A stretch of 64,000 nucleotides of DNA from Candidatus Woesearchaeota archaeon (GCA_964447315.1 CAYURQ010000001.1:27351-91350), one strand, 5' to 3'. Positions 19,788 through 29,068 are shown, counted from the stretch's first letter. Numbers and translations are program-made. Notes: generated by a model not told the origin, from the letters alone.

Positions 19788-20270
19788 ATGATTAAAATGA
19801 CAATTACAAAAAAAGTATTAGAGAATACATTTGACTTATATGATGAAGTTGGTAAGGATAGAAAGTTGTATCTTTATGCAGAACTAAAAGAAAATAAAGA
19901 AGTTCTTGAAAAAACAAGACAAAAGACAATTCAAAGAATTAATAATTATTTACATAATAAAGAATTAAAACCAGCTGAGAGAGATTATTTGGAAAGTTTA
20001 AAACAAGAATATTCAAAATTAAGACAAAAACCAACATTGAAAACAAAATTAATGGAATTAGATTTTGATGAAAAAATATTAGGAAAAATATGTGCTTTCT
20101 TAAATCAAAAGTATGAAACTAAATCAATAACTCCTGGAAATGTAACTTATTCATACTTAGAAAATATCAGTGAAAAAGAACTTTTAGAAACAAAAGGGTT
20201 TGGATTAAAAAGTGTTCATGAAATAAAGAATATTCTTGAAAAGCGTGGGTTTAAATTAAAGAAAGAATAA
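19788..20270 (+). CDS. hypothetical protein with C-terminal helix-hairpin-helix resembling bacterial RNAP alpha-CTD
   Basis: C-terminus 'SEKELLETKGFGLKSVHEIKNILEKRGFKL' matches the alpha-CTD pattern '..EELL.I.NFGKKSL.EIK..L...GL.L'. Pattern level only. Confidence 0.45.
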   Translation: MIKMTITKKVLENTFDLYDEVGKDRKLYLYAELKENKEVLEKTRQKTIQRINNYLHNKELKPAERDYLESLKQEYSKLRQKPTLKTKLMELDFDEKILGKICAFLNQKYETKSITPGNVTYSYLENISEKELLETKGFGLKSVHEIKNILEKRGFKLKKE

Positions 20271-20271
20271 A

Positions 20272-20820
20272 ATGGTAAAATCAGACAGGAATTATAGTTT
20301 AACTAATGCAAGAAAAACCCTAGGTTTAACTCAGGCACAATTATCTAGTAGATTAGGAATAAAACCAGAAGTATATAACACTTATGAAACTGGGAGTTAT
20401 ATTCCTTCATTAGATACTCAAGTTAGAATAAGTAATTACTTTGTTGATAATGGAGTTCCAGTTATTGAAAGTGATTTGTTTCCTGAAAAAGAAAGAAGCT
20501 TTGAAAAAGAAAAATTCTATGATAAATTTTTTGATGAAAATCTTGCTTTAGATTTTGAAAACAAAGATCATTTTGATAGTTGTCTTGAAAGAATATTAAC
20601 TCCAAGAGCAGGTGTTAAACCCAGGCAAATAGATATTTTAAAAAGATTTTATGGTATTGGTTGTAATCCAGAATCTGTAGAAGAGATTGCAAAAACAGCA
20701 GGAAAAAATGGGCAGAGCATGAGTAAAGCAAGGGTTTACCAAATGATGCAATCTGCAGTTAATAAAATAAGGAGAGATGTTCTCACTGATAAAAAAAAGC
20801 ATTATTTAATTGAGTTTTAA
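20272..20820 (+). CDS. XRE-type HTH (N-terminal) fused to sigma-70 region-4-like HTH (C-terminal)
   Basis: N-terminus 'LTNARKTLGLTQAQLSSRLGI....YNTYETG' is XRE-like. C-terminus 'ILKRFYGIGCNPESVEEIAK.....MSKARVYQMMQSAVNKIRR' parallels region 4.2 'VLRMRFGI....TLEEVGK...VTRERIRQIEAKALRKLR'. It starts 1 nt after the upstream stop. Confidence 0.55.
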   Translation: MVKSDRNYSLTNARKTLGLTQAQLSSRLGIKPEVYNTYETGSYIPSLDTQVRISNYFVDNGVPVIESDLFPEKERSFEKEKFYDKFFDENLALDFENKDHFDSCLERILTPRAGVKPRQIDILKRFYGIGCNPESVEEIAKTAGKNGQSMSKARVYQMMQSAVNKIRRDVLTDKKKHYLIEF

Positions 20821-20906
20821 AAGATGTTTTTACCTTGGATAAAATTAAAAATGATAAGATATGCCTATTTGTTTAGACATTTAGTTACATATTATGAAAA
20901 TTATTC

Positions 20907-20928
20907 ACTATGTGTTAAAACACATAGT
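20907..20928. promoter_or_regulatory. palindrome 'actatgtgtt-aa-aacacatagt' upstream of the surface-protein promoter
   Basis: Perfect 10-bp arms with a 2-nt spacer, about 40 nt upstream of the TATA-like 'aagatttataaatg' (about 20963-20976). Confidence 0.3.
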
Positions 20929-21032
20929 ATATATGATGTCATTATAAAGTTACACTAATAGTAAGATTTATAAATGAAATTTACTCTCAATAAGTATCAG
21001 AAAACAAAGTTTTTCTGAAGAATTAAATAAAA

Positions 21033-22262
21033 ATGTCGACAAACAAAAACACGAAAATGAACACAAAAAACCTTATGGTTTCTTTATGTGCAATTGTAGT
21101 TGCAATGTTTTTAGTGGTTACTGTTGCTGCTGCTGACGTAACATCAAGTATTTCTATTGAAGTAGATGATATTGACGTAGCTGACAATCCATCAGTTGTT
21201 GCTGGTGAATCTGTCGCTATTGAAGTTAAATTTACTGCTGATGTAGATGCTTCAGATGTTAGAGTTAAAGCAGAAATTGAAGGCGACAAAGTTGATGTAT
21301 ATGTAATGTCTAGACCATTTGATGTGGAAGCTGGTCACACATATAAGAAAACTTTATCTGTGAAAGTTCCTTTTGAACTTAAAGATGAAATTTCAGAAGA
21401 TATTCACTTAAATGTGAAAATCTGGAATGGAGACTATAAAACAGAAGTTGAAAACTTAGTATTAAGAGTTCAAAGACCTTCATATAACCCTGTTATCAAG
21501 TCTGTAAGTGTTTCTCAAAATATTGAAGCTGGTGAAACTTTCCCAGTGGATATTGTTTTAAAGAACATGGGATACAATGACTTAGATGACATCTATGTAA
21601 CAGTTAGTGTTCCAGAATTAGGAGTTAAGAAAACTTCTTATTTCGGAGACTTAGTTCCAATTGAAACTTGTAATGAAGACTGTGAAGAAGAAGACACTGT
21701 TAGTGGGAGACTTTATTTAGAAGTTCCTTACGAAGCAGAAGCTGGTGTTTACGAATTAGAAGTTAACGTTAAAACTGATGATGTTGATAGCACTGTTTCA
21801 GAACAATTTGCTATTAAAAATGACTTCACTTCAAACGTTATTGTAACTTCTGAAAGTAAAACAGCTAACGTGGGTCAAGATGCTGAATACAGCTTGTTAC
21901 TTGTAAACCCAACAAACAGTTTAAAAGTATACAGAGTTGTTACAGAATCTAGCGGTGAATTAAGCACAGGTGTTGATGAATCTGTTGTTGCTGTTCCAGC
22001 TGGATCAAGCAAGACAGTTACTGTAATGGCTAAAGCTTCTGAAGCTGGTGAGTACAATTTTAATGTACACATCTTTTCAGGAGAAAAATTAACTGATACA
22101 GTTTCTCTTTCATTAACTGCAGAAGATAACGCTGCTACAAACCCAATTGTAGTCTTAACAGTTGTTTTAGCAATTATCTTTTTAGTACTTTTAATTGTAT
22201 TAATTGTACTATTAGGAAAGAAACCTAGAAAACAAGAAGAATTCGGAGAAAGTTATTACTAA
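21033..22262 (+). CDS. secreted surface (S-layer/CARDB-like) protein with C-terminal membrane anchor
   Basis: N-terminal signal-like 'LMVSLCAIVVAMFLVVTVAAA'. Acidic beta-rich repeats of the type 'DIVLKNMGYNDLDDIYVTVSVPELGV'. C-terminal TM 'IVVLTVVLAIIFLVLLIVLIVLL' followed by 'GKKPRK'. Visibly less AT-rich than its neighbours. Confidence 0.6.
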   Translation: MSTNKNTKMNTKNLMVSLCAIVVAMFLVVTVAAADVTSSISIEVDDIDVADNPSVVAGESVAIEVKFTADVDASDVRVKAEIEGDKVDVYVMSRPFDVEAGHTYKKTLSVKVPFELKDEISEDIHLNVKIWNGDYKTEVENLVLRVQRPSYNPVIKSVSVSQNIEAGETFPVDIVLKNMGYNDLDDIYVTVSVPELGVKKTSYFGDLVPIETCNEDCEEEDTVSGRLYLEVPYEAEAGVYELEVNVKTDDVDSTVSEQFAIKNDFTSNVIVTSESKTANVGQDAEYSLLLVNPTNSLKVYRVVTESSGELSTGVDESVVAVPAGSSKTVTVMAKASEAGEYNFNVHIFSGEKLTDTVSLSLTAEDNAATNPIVVLTVVLAIIFLVLLIVLIVLLGKKPRKQEEFGESYY

Positions 22263-22275
22263 CTTTTAATGTAAA

Positions 22276-22326
22276 TTTTTTATTTTTATTTTTTAACTTT
22301 CTCTTTTCTTTTTTTAGAAAAGAGAA
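22276..22326 (+). terminator. oligo-T tracts plus 10-bp stem hairpin after the surface-protein gene
   Basis: T-runs at 22276-22294. Stem 22299-22308 'ttctcttttc' pairs with 22317-22326 'gaaaagagaa' around an 8-nt loop. Confidence 0.5.
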
Positions 22327-22385
22327 TATTCTTCTTTTTGATATGATAGAAAAAATTAATAAAGAAAATATCTTAAATTAATAAA

Positions 22386-22694
22386 ATGCCCAACAATAAT
22401 ATAATAAGAAAATATTATTTTGCTCTTAAAAAGAATCAAAATATTGGTGGAAATTTTAATGATATATTAAAAGAAAAATACCAAAATACCCCTAATTTTA
22501 TTGAATTTAACCAATTAAAAGATTTTTATATTGTTCATGATAATTCATGTACTGTAATTAGTTATTTAATGGAGCCAGATGATATAGTTGAGATAACTGG
22601 CACTAATAAAAAAATAAAAGAAACCAGGCAAATATTAGAGGAAAAATTAGAGAACTGGAAACTTAAGAGATTTGATGAAAAAGAAGATGAATGA
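22386..22694 (+). CDS. hypothetical protein (102 aa)
   Basis: Intact ORF, no motif. Confidence 0.35.
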   Translation: MPNNNIIRKYYFALKKNQNIGGNFNDILKEKYQNTPNFIEFNQLKDFYIVHDNSCTVISYLMEPDDIVEITGTNKKIKETRQILEEKLENWKLKRFDEKEDE

Positions 22695-22956
22695 AAAAGA
22701 AAAAATTGAGAATCTTAGAAATAGTTCAATATTTCAGGAAAAAATAAAATATCAAAGTAGCATTTTCTTTAGTTCATTAATAATAGCAGGATTACTTGAG
22801 ATTAATATTAATGAGTATAAAAAATATAAATTTATTGATAATATTGTTAATTCATATATTCAAGAAATTCAAACAAGAAATGATTCTATTAATCAAGCCA
22901 ATAAAAACTGGAAATTTTATGAACATAAACTAGAATTAGAAGATATTATTAAATAA
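22672..22956 (+). CDS. hypothetical protein (94 aa) with one hydrophobic segment
   Basis: Intact ORF overlapping the previous one by 23 nt. The start is uncertain. Confidence 0.3.
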   Translation: MMKKKMNEKEKIENLRNSSIFQEKIKYQSSIFFSSLIIAGLLEININEYKKYKFIDNIVNSYIQEIQTRNDSINQANKNWKFYEHKLELEDIIK

Positions 22957-22973
22957 GTTCTTTGAGGAAAAAT

Positions 22974-25832
22974 CTAAACTTTCAAACTCACAATCTTGCT
23001 AACTCCGTCATGCATACTTACTCCAAATAAATTAGTTGCATTAGTAATTATTTCATCGTTGTGAGTTATAACAAGATATTGTCCTTTTCTCATGAATTTT
23101 TGAAGAAGTCCTGCAAGTCTGCCTGAATTACGCTTGTCTAATGCAGCATCTATCTCATCAAGTATGTAAAAGCAGTAAGGATTTAATTCCTGGATTGCAA
23201 ATATCAGTGAAAGTGCAACCATTGTTTGTTCACCCCCACTTAAAGATGTAACGTCAAAATATTTACCATGCCCTGTTTTAACTACAATTCCAACTCCTCC
23301 ATCAAATGGATCTTTTTTATTTTCTAGTTCTAAAAATACTTGTCCTTTTTCTGAAATAGAAGCAAAATTTCTAGAAAATATTGTATTAAGTTCCTCAAAA
23401 GTTTTCATGAAGGATTTTTTCTTTTTAATATCAATCTCATGAATAATTCTTAAGATGCTATTTTTTTCTTTTTCAATAATCTCTACACGACTTTGAACTG
23501 CTTGGTATTCTTTTTTAATTTCATCGTAAACTTCTAAAGAACGCATATTAACATTACCCATATTATTTAGAGTTGCTTGAGTTTTATTGAATCTTTCTTG
23601 AAGAACCTCTCTGGATTGTTTTATTATTTCAACATTTGGAAATTCCAACAATTCTGTTTCAAAATTTTCAATCTCAGCACTAAAACGTGCTTTTTCAACT
23701 TTAAAATTATTTATCTCTTGTTCAATGTTATAAATTATATTTTTCTTGATTGAAAATTGTTGTTCGTTTTCACGTATTTTTTGATTGCAGAAATCTTTAT
23801 CTTTTAACATGGTATGGTGTTTCCTTGTTAATTCTTCGTCTTGTTTTCTTTTTTCATTTAATTTTCTTTGTTTTTCATTAAAAGATTCTTTTAATTTTTC
23901 TAATTCTTCTGTTATATCTTGAACTTCACGGGCATTTTGTTTTATTGATATTTTTGCACGTTCAAGTTCTCTTTGTTTAAAGGATATTTCTGAATTGATA
24001 TTTTCTGTTGTACGCATTGAAATTTCTTGCATTTCAATTGAAAATTTATCATATTTTTCTTCAACTCCTGAATAATTTTCAAAATCTTTTTCAAGCTTTT
24101 GTTTAATCTTTTCTAGTCCTTGTAATTCTCCTTGTGCAAGATTAATTTTTTCTTGAAGAGCTTTAATCTGTGATTTTTTTTCATTAATACTTGATATTTT
24201 ATTTAAATCATTTTCACGTTTTGATATTTCTTGAGATATTTTTTCAATTTCTTGTTTAAGCATATCTCTATTTGTTTGAATTGTAGTTAAATCTGAGTCA
24301 GAAATAGAAATCTTATCTTCAAGTTTTTTCACTTCTGAATTCACTTCTGAATGAATTGTACTTATATGGTCTTTTGTTATTTTACTTTTACATAAAGGAC
24401 AAATATCCATTTTAGATATTTTTTCAATCATCTTTCTTTGCTTTTCAATTTCTGCTTCATTTGCAAATGAAATTTTATCTAATTCACGTTCTTTTAATAT
24501 TAAATCTTCAAAAAATTCTTTTTTTTGTGCTAATTCAATTCTTAAATTATCAAGAATTTCAATAGAAGTTTTTTTATCAAATAAATCATTAACTGCAGAA
24601 TCAATTTGCTTTATTAAAAAATCTGATTCATTTTTATAATTTTGTAAAATAGATCTTTTATCATCGAACCTTTCACGTATTGATTTTAATTCAGAACGTG
24701 TTGTATAAAATTTCTTTCTTTGTTCTTCTAATTCATCTAATTTTTGTTTTTTTGTTTTAAGCTCTTTTTCTTTTTTAGCAAGGCTTGGAGATTCTTTTTG
24801 AAGTGTTTTTAATTCTAACTCGTTATCACGAATTGAATTTTCTAATTCAACTTTTGATTTTTTCAAGGAATTTAACTTTGTTTCATTATTTTCAATTCTT
24901 ACTTTAAGGCCTTCTAAATCTGCCCTAAGTGTTGCAATTTCTGAATTAAGTTTTTCTTGTTCTAATCCTGTTGATTCTGTTATCTTTGAATCTATTGTTT
25001 TTACTTTTTCTTCAAGATTTTTAATAACTGCTTGGATATTTACAATTGTTTTTTTAACTTTTTCAATTTCTTTGTTTTTCTTTTCAATATTATCATCAAT
25101 TGAAGAAGCGTGTTTTTGTTTTTTATTTAAATCATGAGTTAATATGCTGGCTTTAAATTTTTTAATATCTTCCTGATATTTTTTATAACGTAGAGCTTGT
25201 TCTCTTTCTTTTTCAAGATTATTTAAGTAAGATGTTCTTTCACGAAGTATGGATAATACATCTTTTAACTTGTTTTCAGTCCTGTTTAATTCTTTTAGTG
25301 ATTTTTCTTTCCTAGATTCATAGATTGAGATTCCAGATACTTCTTCAATAATTTTACGTCTTTCTTCAGTATGCATTCTTACAAAGTTTTGAATTTCACC
25401 TTGCAAGATTATATTGAATCCATTTGGATCAATTCCTGCTTGGGCAAGTAAACCAAGTATTTCTTGTCTTGTTTTTGTTTGATTATTTATTTTGTATATG
25501 CTTTGTCCGTTTCTACGTACAATACGTTTAATTGATATTTCTTTATCATTTATTGAAAAAGCATTGTCTGAATTATCAAAAATCATTTCAACTGATGCTT
25601 CTTTTGCAGGTGAAGCAGCTTTTGTTCCCATGAAAATAAGATTTTTGGCTTTTGCAGCACGCATTGATTTAACACTTAATCTACCTAAAACAAAGCATAA
25701 TGCATCTGAAACATTACTCTTACCAGAACCATTAGGACCTAAAATTACATTAATTCCTGAAGTAAATGGAATTTCTGTTTTTCTAGGGAAACTTTTGAAA
25801 CCATGCATCACCAGTTTTTTAATATAAGCCAT
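22974..25832 (-). CDS. SMC-family ATPase with zinc-hook-like CxxC in place of a hinge (952 aa)
   Basis: SMC-type N-terminal head 'GFKSF...GPNGSGKSN..DA.CFVLG'. C-terminal head 'LSGGEQTMVALSLIFAIQ...FYILDEIDAALD'. The middle is continuous coiled coil with 'CPLC' at residues 478-481 of 952 (nt 24390-24401) and no globular hinge. Confidence 0.85.
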   Translation of the reverse strand: MAYIKKLVMHGFKSFPRKTEIPFTSGINVILGPNGSGKSNVSDALCFVLGRLSVKSMRAAKAKNLIFMGTKAASPAKEASVEMIFDNSDNAFSINDKEISIKRIVRRNGQSIYKINNQTKTRQEILGLLAQAGIDPNGFNIILQGEIQNFVRMHTEERRKIIEEVSGISIYESRKEKSLKELNRTENKLKDVLSILRERTSYLNNLEKEREQALRYKKYQEDIKKFKASILTHDLNKKQKHASSIDDNIEKKNKEIEKVKKTIVNIQAVIKNLEEKVKTIDSKITESTGLEQEKLNSEIATLRADLEGLKVRIENNETKLNSLKKSKVELENSIRDNELELKTLQKESPSLAKKEKELKTKKQKLDELEEQRKKFYTTRSELKSIRERFDDKRSILQNYKNESDFLIKQIDSAVNDLFDKKTSIEILDNLRIELAQKKEFFEDLILKERELDKISFANEAEIEKQRKMIEKISKMDICPLCKSKITKDHISTIHSEVNSEVKKLEDKISISDSDLTTIQTNRDMLKQEIEKISQEISKRENDLNKISSINEKKSQIKALQEKINLAQGELQGLEKIKQKLEKDFENYSGVEEKYDKFSIEMQEISMRTTENINSEISFKQRELERAKISIKQNAREVQDITEELEKLKESFNEKQRKLNEKRKQDEELTRKHHTMLKDKDFCNQKIRENEQQFSIKKNIIYNIEQEINNFKVEKARFSAEIENFETELLEFPNVEIIKQSREVLQERFNKTQATLNNMGNVNMRSLEVYDEIKKEYQAVQSRVEIIEKEKNSILRIIHEIDIKKKKSFMKTFEELNTIFSRNFASISEKGQVFLELENKKDPFDGGVGIVVKTGHGKYFDVTSLSGGEQTMVALSLIFAIQELNPYCFYILDEIDAALDKRNSGRLAGLLQKFMRKGQYLVITHNDEIITNATNLFGVSMHDGVSKIVSLKV

Positions 25833-25881
25833 TTTATCTAATATTTATAAAAGAAATAAGGGTTTTTAAGATTTTATTGGA

Positions 25882-26550
25882 TTACAACCTTCTTTGAGCT
25901 AATTTTTCAAATGCTTTTTTCCAGGTTTCCCAGGTTTTTCTAAATATTCCTGCATTTTGCTGTTTTTCTGCATTTTTTTCAAGATACATTATTGTTAAAG
26001 GGTCTGAAGTGTATCCTGAGCCAATTTCTTTTCCATATTTTTCACGTATTTTATCCATTTCTTTTTCACGCACACATTTTGCGAGAATTGAAGCAGCAGA
26101 TACAGCAATATGGTTTTTATCTGCTTTGTGCTCGCAGATTAATTCAATTGTACTCATATCTTTAACTAAACTTCTTACAACATCTTTCCACTTTTCTATA
26201 CTAACAGAAGGGCAATCAATAACAATTTTTATTTTTTTATAACCTTTATTTATTTTATTAATTATATCTGAAGTCATTTTAGCTTCTAATTTATTAAGAT
26301 TTTTTCCATTCTTTAATGCATTGTCAATTTCAAGAGGATTTGCAAGAACTATTTCAAAGGTTTCTGCTTTTTCTTTTATTATTTTAGAAAAGTGTTCACG
26401 TCTTTTATTTGTTAGTTGTTTTGAATCTTTAATTCCTATTCTACGAAACTCTTTTTCAGTTTCTTTTGTTACTAAACATCCTGCAAGAACCATTGGGCCT
26501 ATAACTGGACCACGACCAGCATCATCAATTCCTAAAATAAATTCTGTCAT
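25882..26550 (-). CDS. rnhB: ribonuclease HII
   Basis: 'GIDDAGRGPVIGPMVLAG', 'DSKQL' and 'KADK.H..VSAASILAK' are RNase HII motifs. Confidence 0.92.
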   Translation of the reverse strand: MTEFILGIDDAGRGPVIGPMVLAGCLVTKETEKEFRRIGIKDSKQLTNKRREHFSKIIKEKAETFEIVLANPLEIDNALKNGKNLNKLEAKMTSDIINKINKGYKKIKIVIDCPSVSIEKWKDVVRSLVKDMSTIELICEHKADKNHIAVSAASILAKCVREKEMDKIREKYGKEIGSGYTSDPLTIMYLEKNAEKQQNAGIFRKTWETWKKAFEKLAQRRL

Positions 26551-26596
26551 AATAGTCTCAAATGGATTGTGTTTTATAAGTATTGTTGTCTAGTGA

Positions 26597-27004
26597 TTAT
26601 TTCTTTTTATTTTTTCTTTTCTTTAAAATTAGTAATAAAATACAAATAACTATTATTCCTAATATTGTTAAAAAACTATTCATTAAGTTTATTGCCAAAC
26701 CAATTAAATTCAAGTAAAATACAACTAATGGAACAATTGCAATACTTAGTCCAAAGCTTAAAGCAATTCTTTCAAGCCAGTTTATAGTTCCTTTTTTATT
26801 GTCTTCATTTTTGGTTGTTTCAAGGAAAAAAACATAACTTAGTATAAATCCTGGAAGGAATAAAACATAAACACTTCCAAATACAATTCTGAAACTTGTT
26901 GATAATTCAATCATGCTGAACATTGCAATAGCTAAACTAATAAAAGCAAGAATAAAAACAACTCCTCCTGCACTCCAGAACCATTTTTTAATATCTTTAT
27001 TCAT
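26597..27004 (-). CDS. small polytopic membrane protein (135 aa; the track ORF was trimmed to Met130)
   Basis: Starts 'MNKDIKKWFW'. Hydrophobic segments and a basic tail 'KKRKNKKK'. The longer form overlaps the real divergent gene at 27057. Confidence 0.5.
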   Translation of the reverse strand: MNKDIKKWFWSAGGVVFILAFISLAIAMFSMIELSTSFRIVFGSVYVLFLPGFILSYVFFLETTKNEDNKKGTINWLERIALSFGLSIAIVPLVVFYLNLIGLAINLMNSFLTILGIIVICILLLILKKRKNKKK

Positions 27005-27056
27005 AAATATAAGTAGGTGAAAATATTTATAAACATTATGATATAATTTATTTGTT

Positions 27057-27740
27057 ATGGTTAAAAAGAGGAAGCACAAATATAAGAGGAAAGCTAAGAA
27101 AAATGGAAAACCCCGTATGAATTCTACAACTAAATGGTTGATTTTTGGAGTTATTATGGGATTATTTATTATTGCTGTATTAGGTGCTATATTTGTTTTA
27201 CAACCTGAGATATTAGATGAGATATCTGCAAAATTTTTTAATAATGCAGAAGTTAATTTAGGGGCAACTTCTAATGTAAAAGAAAATAGCTCTTTAAGTT
27301 TTTCTGGACAATCTGTTCCTAATCCAAGCAAAAGTAATTCAGGAGTAGGAGCTGTGGTTTCATTATCAGCTCCGAGTGTTGATAATTCCATTTATTATTC
27401 AGGTTTAGCAAGCATGTTAAGTGAAACTCCAATGGTTCAGGATATTCCTAAAGGAGAAACAATTTTACTACGATTTTACAACTTTAATACTGGATACAGA
27501 GAGTTTGAAGAATCATTTATCTTAACAAAAGGAGCTGTAAAACCTGGGTATACAGAAGATGTTGAAATAACAATAGTAATGCATAGTAAATATCTTCCTG
27601 AATTAAGTAAGGATAATCTTTGCAGTACAATTACAAAGGCAAATGAGAATGGAGATGTTGGGATTTACACTGATTTGTCAACAACAAAAATAATTATGAA
27701 ATTTAATAGTATGATGGAGTATAAAGATTGTTTGATGTGA
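27057..27740 (+). CDS. membrane-anchored extracytoplasmic protein (227 aa)
   Basis: Basic N-terminus followed by TM 'WLIFGVIMGLFIIAVLGAIFVL', then a soluble domain. Confidence 0.5.
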   Translation: MVKKRKHKYKRKAKKNGKPRMNSTTKWLIFGVIMGLFIIAVLGAIFVLQPEILDEISAKFFNNAEVNLGATSNVKENSSLSFSGQSVPNPSKSNSGVGAVVSLSAPSVDNSIYYSGLASMLSETPMVQDIPKGETILLRFYNFNTGYREFEESFILTKGAVKPGYTEDVEITIVMHSKYLPELSKDNLCSTITKANENGDVGIYTDLSTTKIIMKFNSMMEYKDCLM

Positions 27741-27800
27741 AAATAGCAAAGCGTATTTTTTTAAATTATATATTAGAATATTTCATATAAAACTAATGTT

Positions 27801-27827
27801 TTTTATTCTTCATAAGGGAGTGTTGGA
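27801..27827 (+). repeat. G-rich element, truncated copy
   Basis: 'ttttattcttcataagggagtgttgga' aligns with 'ttttatttttcataaggggtgttggttgga' (35.7 kb). It is followed by the BRE/TATA 'gaaaagtttatataat'. Confidence 0.45.
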
Positions 27828-27910
27828 ATAAAGAAAAGTTTATATAATATTAGAACATTAAAATATAGAGGTGATGGAACCTCAAGATTCCCAATTCTTG
27901 AAAAAATACT

Positions 27911-29068
27911 ATGGCGCAAGTTAAAATGCAAGCACCATTATTAGAAAATATTTTAGATGTTTCTAACTCATTTTACTTAGATACTTTAGGATATAAACCT
28001 GAGAGAACTTCTTTGCAAGAACTTCCTAAAGAAAGTTGGAGTAATCTTGCTAATGAAAGAGGTCTAAACACAAATTCATCTGGAGTATATTTTCCAAGAA
28101 ACCAATTAGCAGTAATAAAACAAGAGAATCCCTTGAGTTTATTTCATGAGTATTTTGGACATGGATTATATTGCGAACAAAGCTTAGATGGAAGAAAATT
28201 AGTTGAATTAGAAAAAAAGCTTTTAGAAAAAGAAAAAAACAGATTTAATGGATATGAATTTACTTTAAAGGAATTGCAGGAGTTTAGGATAGAAAATCCT
28301 ACATTTCAAGAATTAAATAGATTTAAAGAAGAAAACTTAGGAAAATATGAATTATTTGCCTTATGGACAGAATATTTATTGTCAAAAGAGAATAATATGC
28401 TTGGAGATTTTGAAAGAAGATATGATAATTTTTCAAGGAAAGATAAAGAAGTTATTGATTCTACAATAAACTTTTCAGAAAGTTATGGTAATTTAGCTGC
28501 TTTTTATGCTCAAGGAATGAGCAAAATAATGACCAAAGATAGAGTGACAAAATTAATCAAAGATATTTATAAAAAAGATTTAGATAAGATAAAATTTGCA
28601 TTAGTTTATGGTTCTAAAAAACCTTTTAGTGATATTGATGTATTTATGGTTGGCAAGGGAGCTCCTATTGAATCTCATACAGATTGGTTAGATGCAAAAT
28701 ACAAGAATACTGTAGAATTTCAAAATGGATTAAGAAATTTTGATGTAAGAATAAGTGTTCCTTTAATGAATGGGGAATTTTTATTTGGAGATGAAGAATA
28801 TTTCGAAAAATCAAAACAAAAAATACTCTCTCAACCTATTACTGAAAAATCGATAAAATACAATCTGAGATGGTCTTCTAGAATGCAAAGATTGAAAGAA
28901 GAAAATCAAGAAAATGAATTTTTAAGAAAAAAATTTAAAGGATACAGTCTTACTTATATTAATAATGCATTGGCTTTAAGAAAAGGAAAAAGAATCTTTA
29001 CTAAAGAAGGTTTGCTTTCATATTCGCCTAGCGAAAGTAACACAGAATTAAAAGGAGGAAAAGCATAA
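27911..29068 (+). CDS. multi-domain protein: N-terminal region with 'HEYFGH' motif plus a possible minimal nucleotidyltransferase segment
   Basis: 'KFALVYGSKKPFSDIDVFMVG' resembles the Pol-beta NTase GS...DxD strand, but the spacer is shorter than canonical. 'HEYFGH' is HExxxH, not HExxH. The alternative start ATG 27926 cannot be excluded. Confidence 0.45.
   Translation: MAQVKMQAPLLENILDVSNSFYLDTLGYKPERTSLQELPKESWSNLANERGLNTNSSGVYFPRNQLAVIKQENPLSLFHEYFGHGLYCEQSLDGRKLVELEKKLLEKEKNRFNGYEFTLKELQEFRIENPTFQELNRFKEENLGKYELFALWTEYLLSKENNMLGDFERRYDNFSRKDKEVIDSTINFSESYGNLAAFYAQGMSKIMTKDRVTKLIKDIYKKDLDKIKFALVYGSKKPFSDIDVFMVGKGAPIESHTDWLDAKYKNTVEFQNGLRNFDVRISVPLMNGEFLFGDEEYFEKSKQKILSQPITEKSIKYNLRWSSRMQRLKEENQENEFLRKKFKGYSLTYINNALALRKGKRIFTKEGLLSYSPSESNTELKGGKA

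Noticed and set aside
26597-27391. A 264-aa form of the minus-strand ORF that overlaps the + strand gene 27057..27740.
   Set aside because: The N-terminal 129 residues are antisense to a plausible membrane-anchored protein and lack features. An internal Met ('MNKDIKKW', ATG at 27004) gives a clean divergent arrangement. I kept only 26597..27004.
27874-27924. Leaderless 16-codon mini-ORF 'MEPQDSQFLKKYYGAS'. It starts about 26-30 nt after the TATA box at 27838-27848 and ends 1 nt before an alternative start (ATG 27926) of the 385-aa gene. A similar 24-codon mini-ORF lies at 40460..40534.
   Set aside because: The geometry is suggestive of a leader peptide or re-initiation, but such short ORFs arise easily by chance in AT-rich DNA. 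I have no conservation evidence.
27911-29068. Calling the N-terminal 'HEYFGH' segment a zincin metalloprotease.
   Set aside because: The spacing is HExxxH, not HExxH, and no third ligand motif is recognisable. It is reported only as a motif of unknown meaning.
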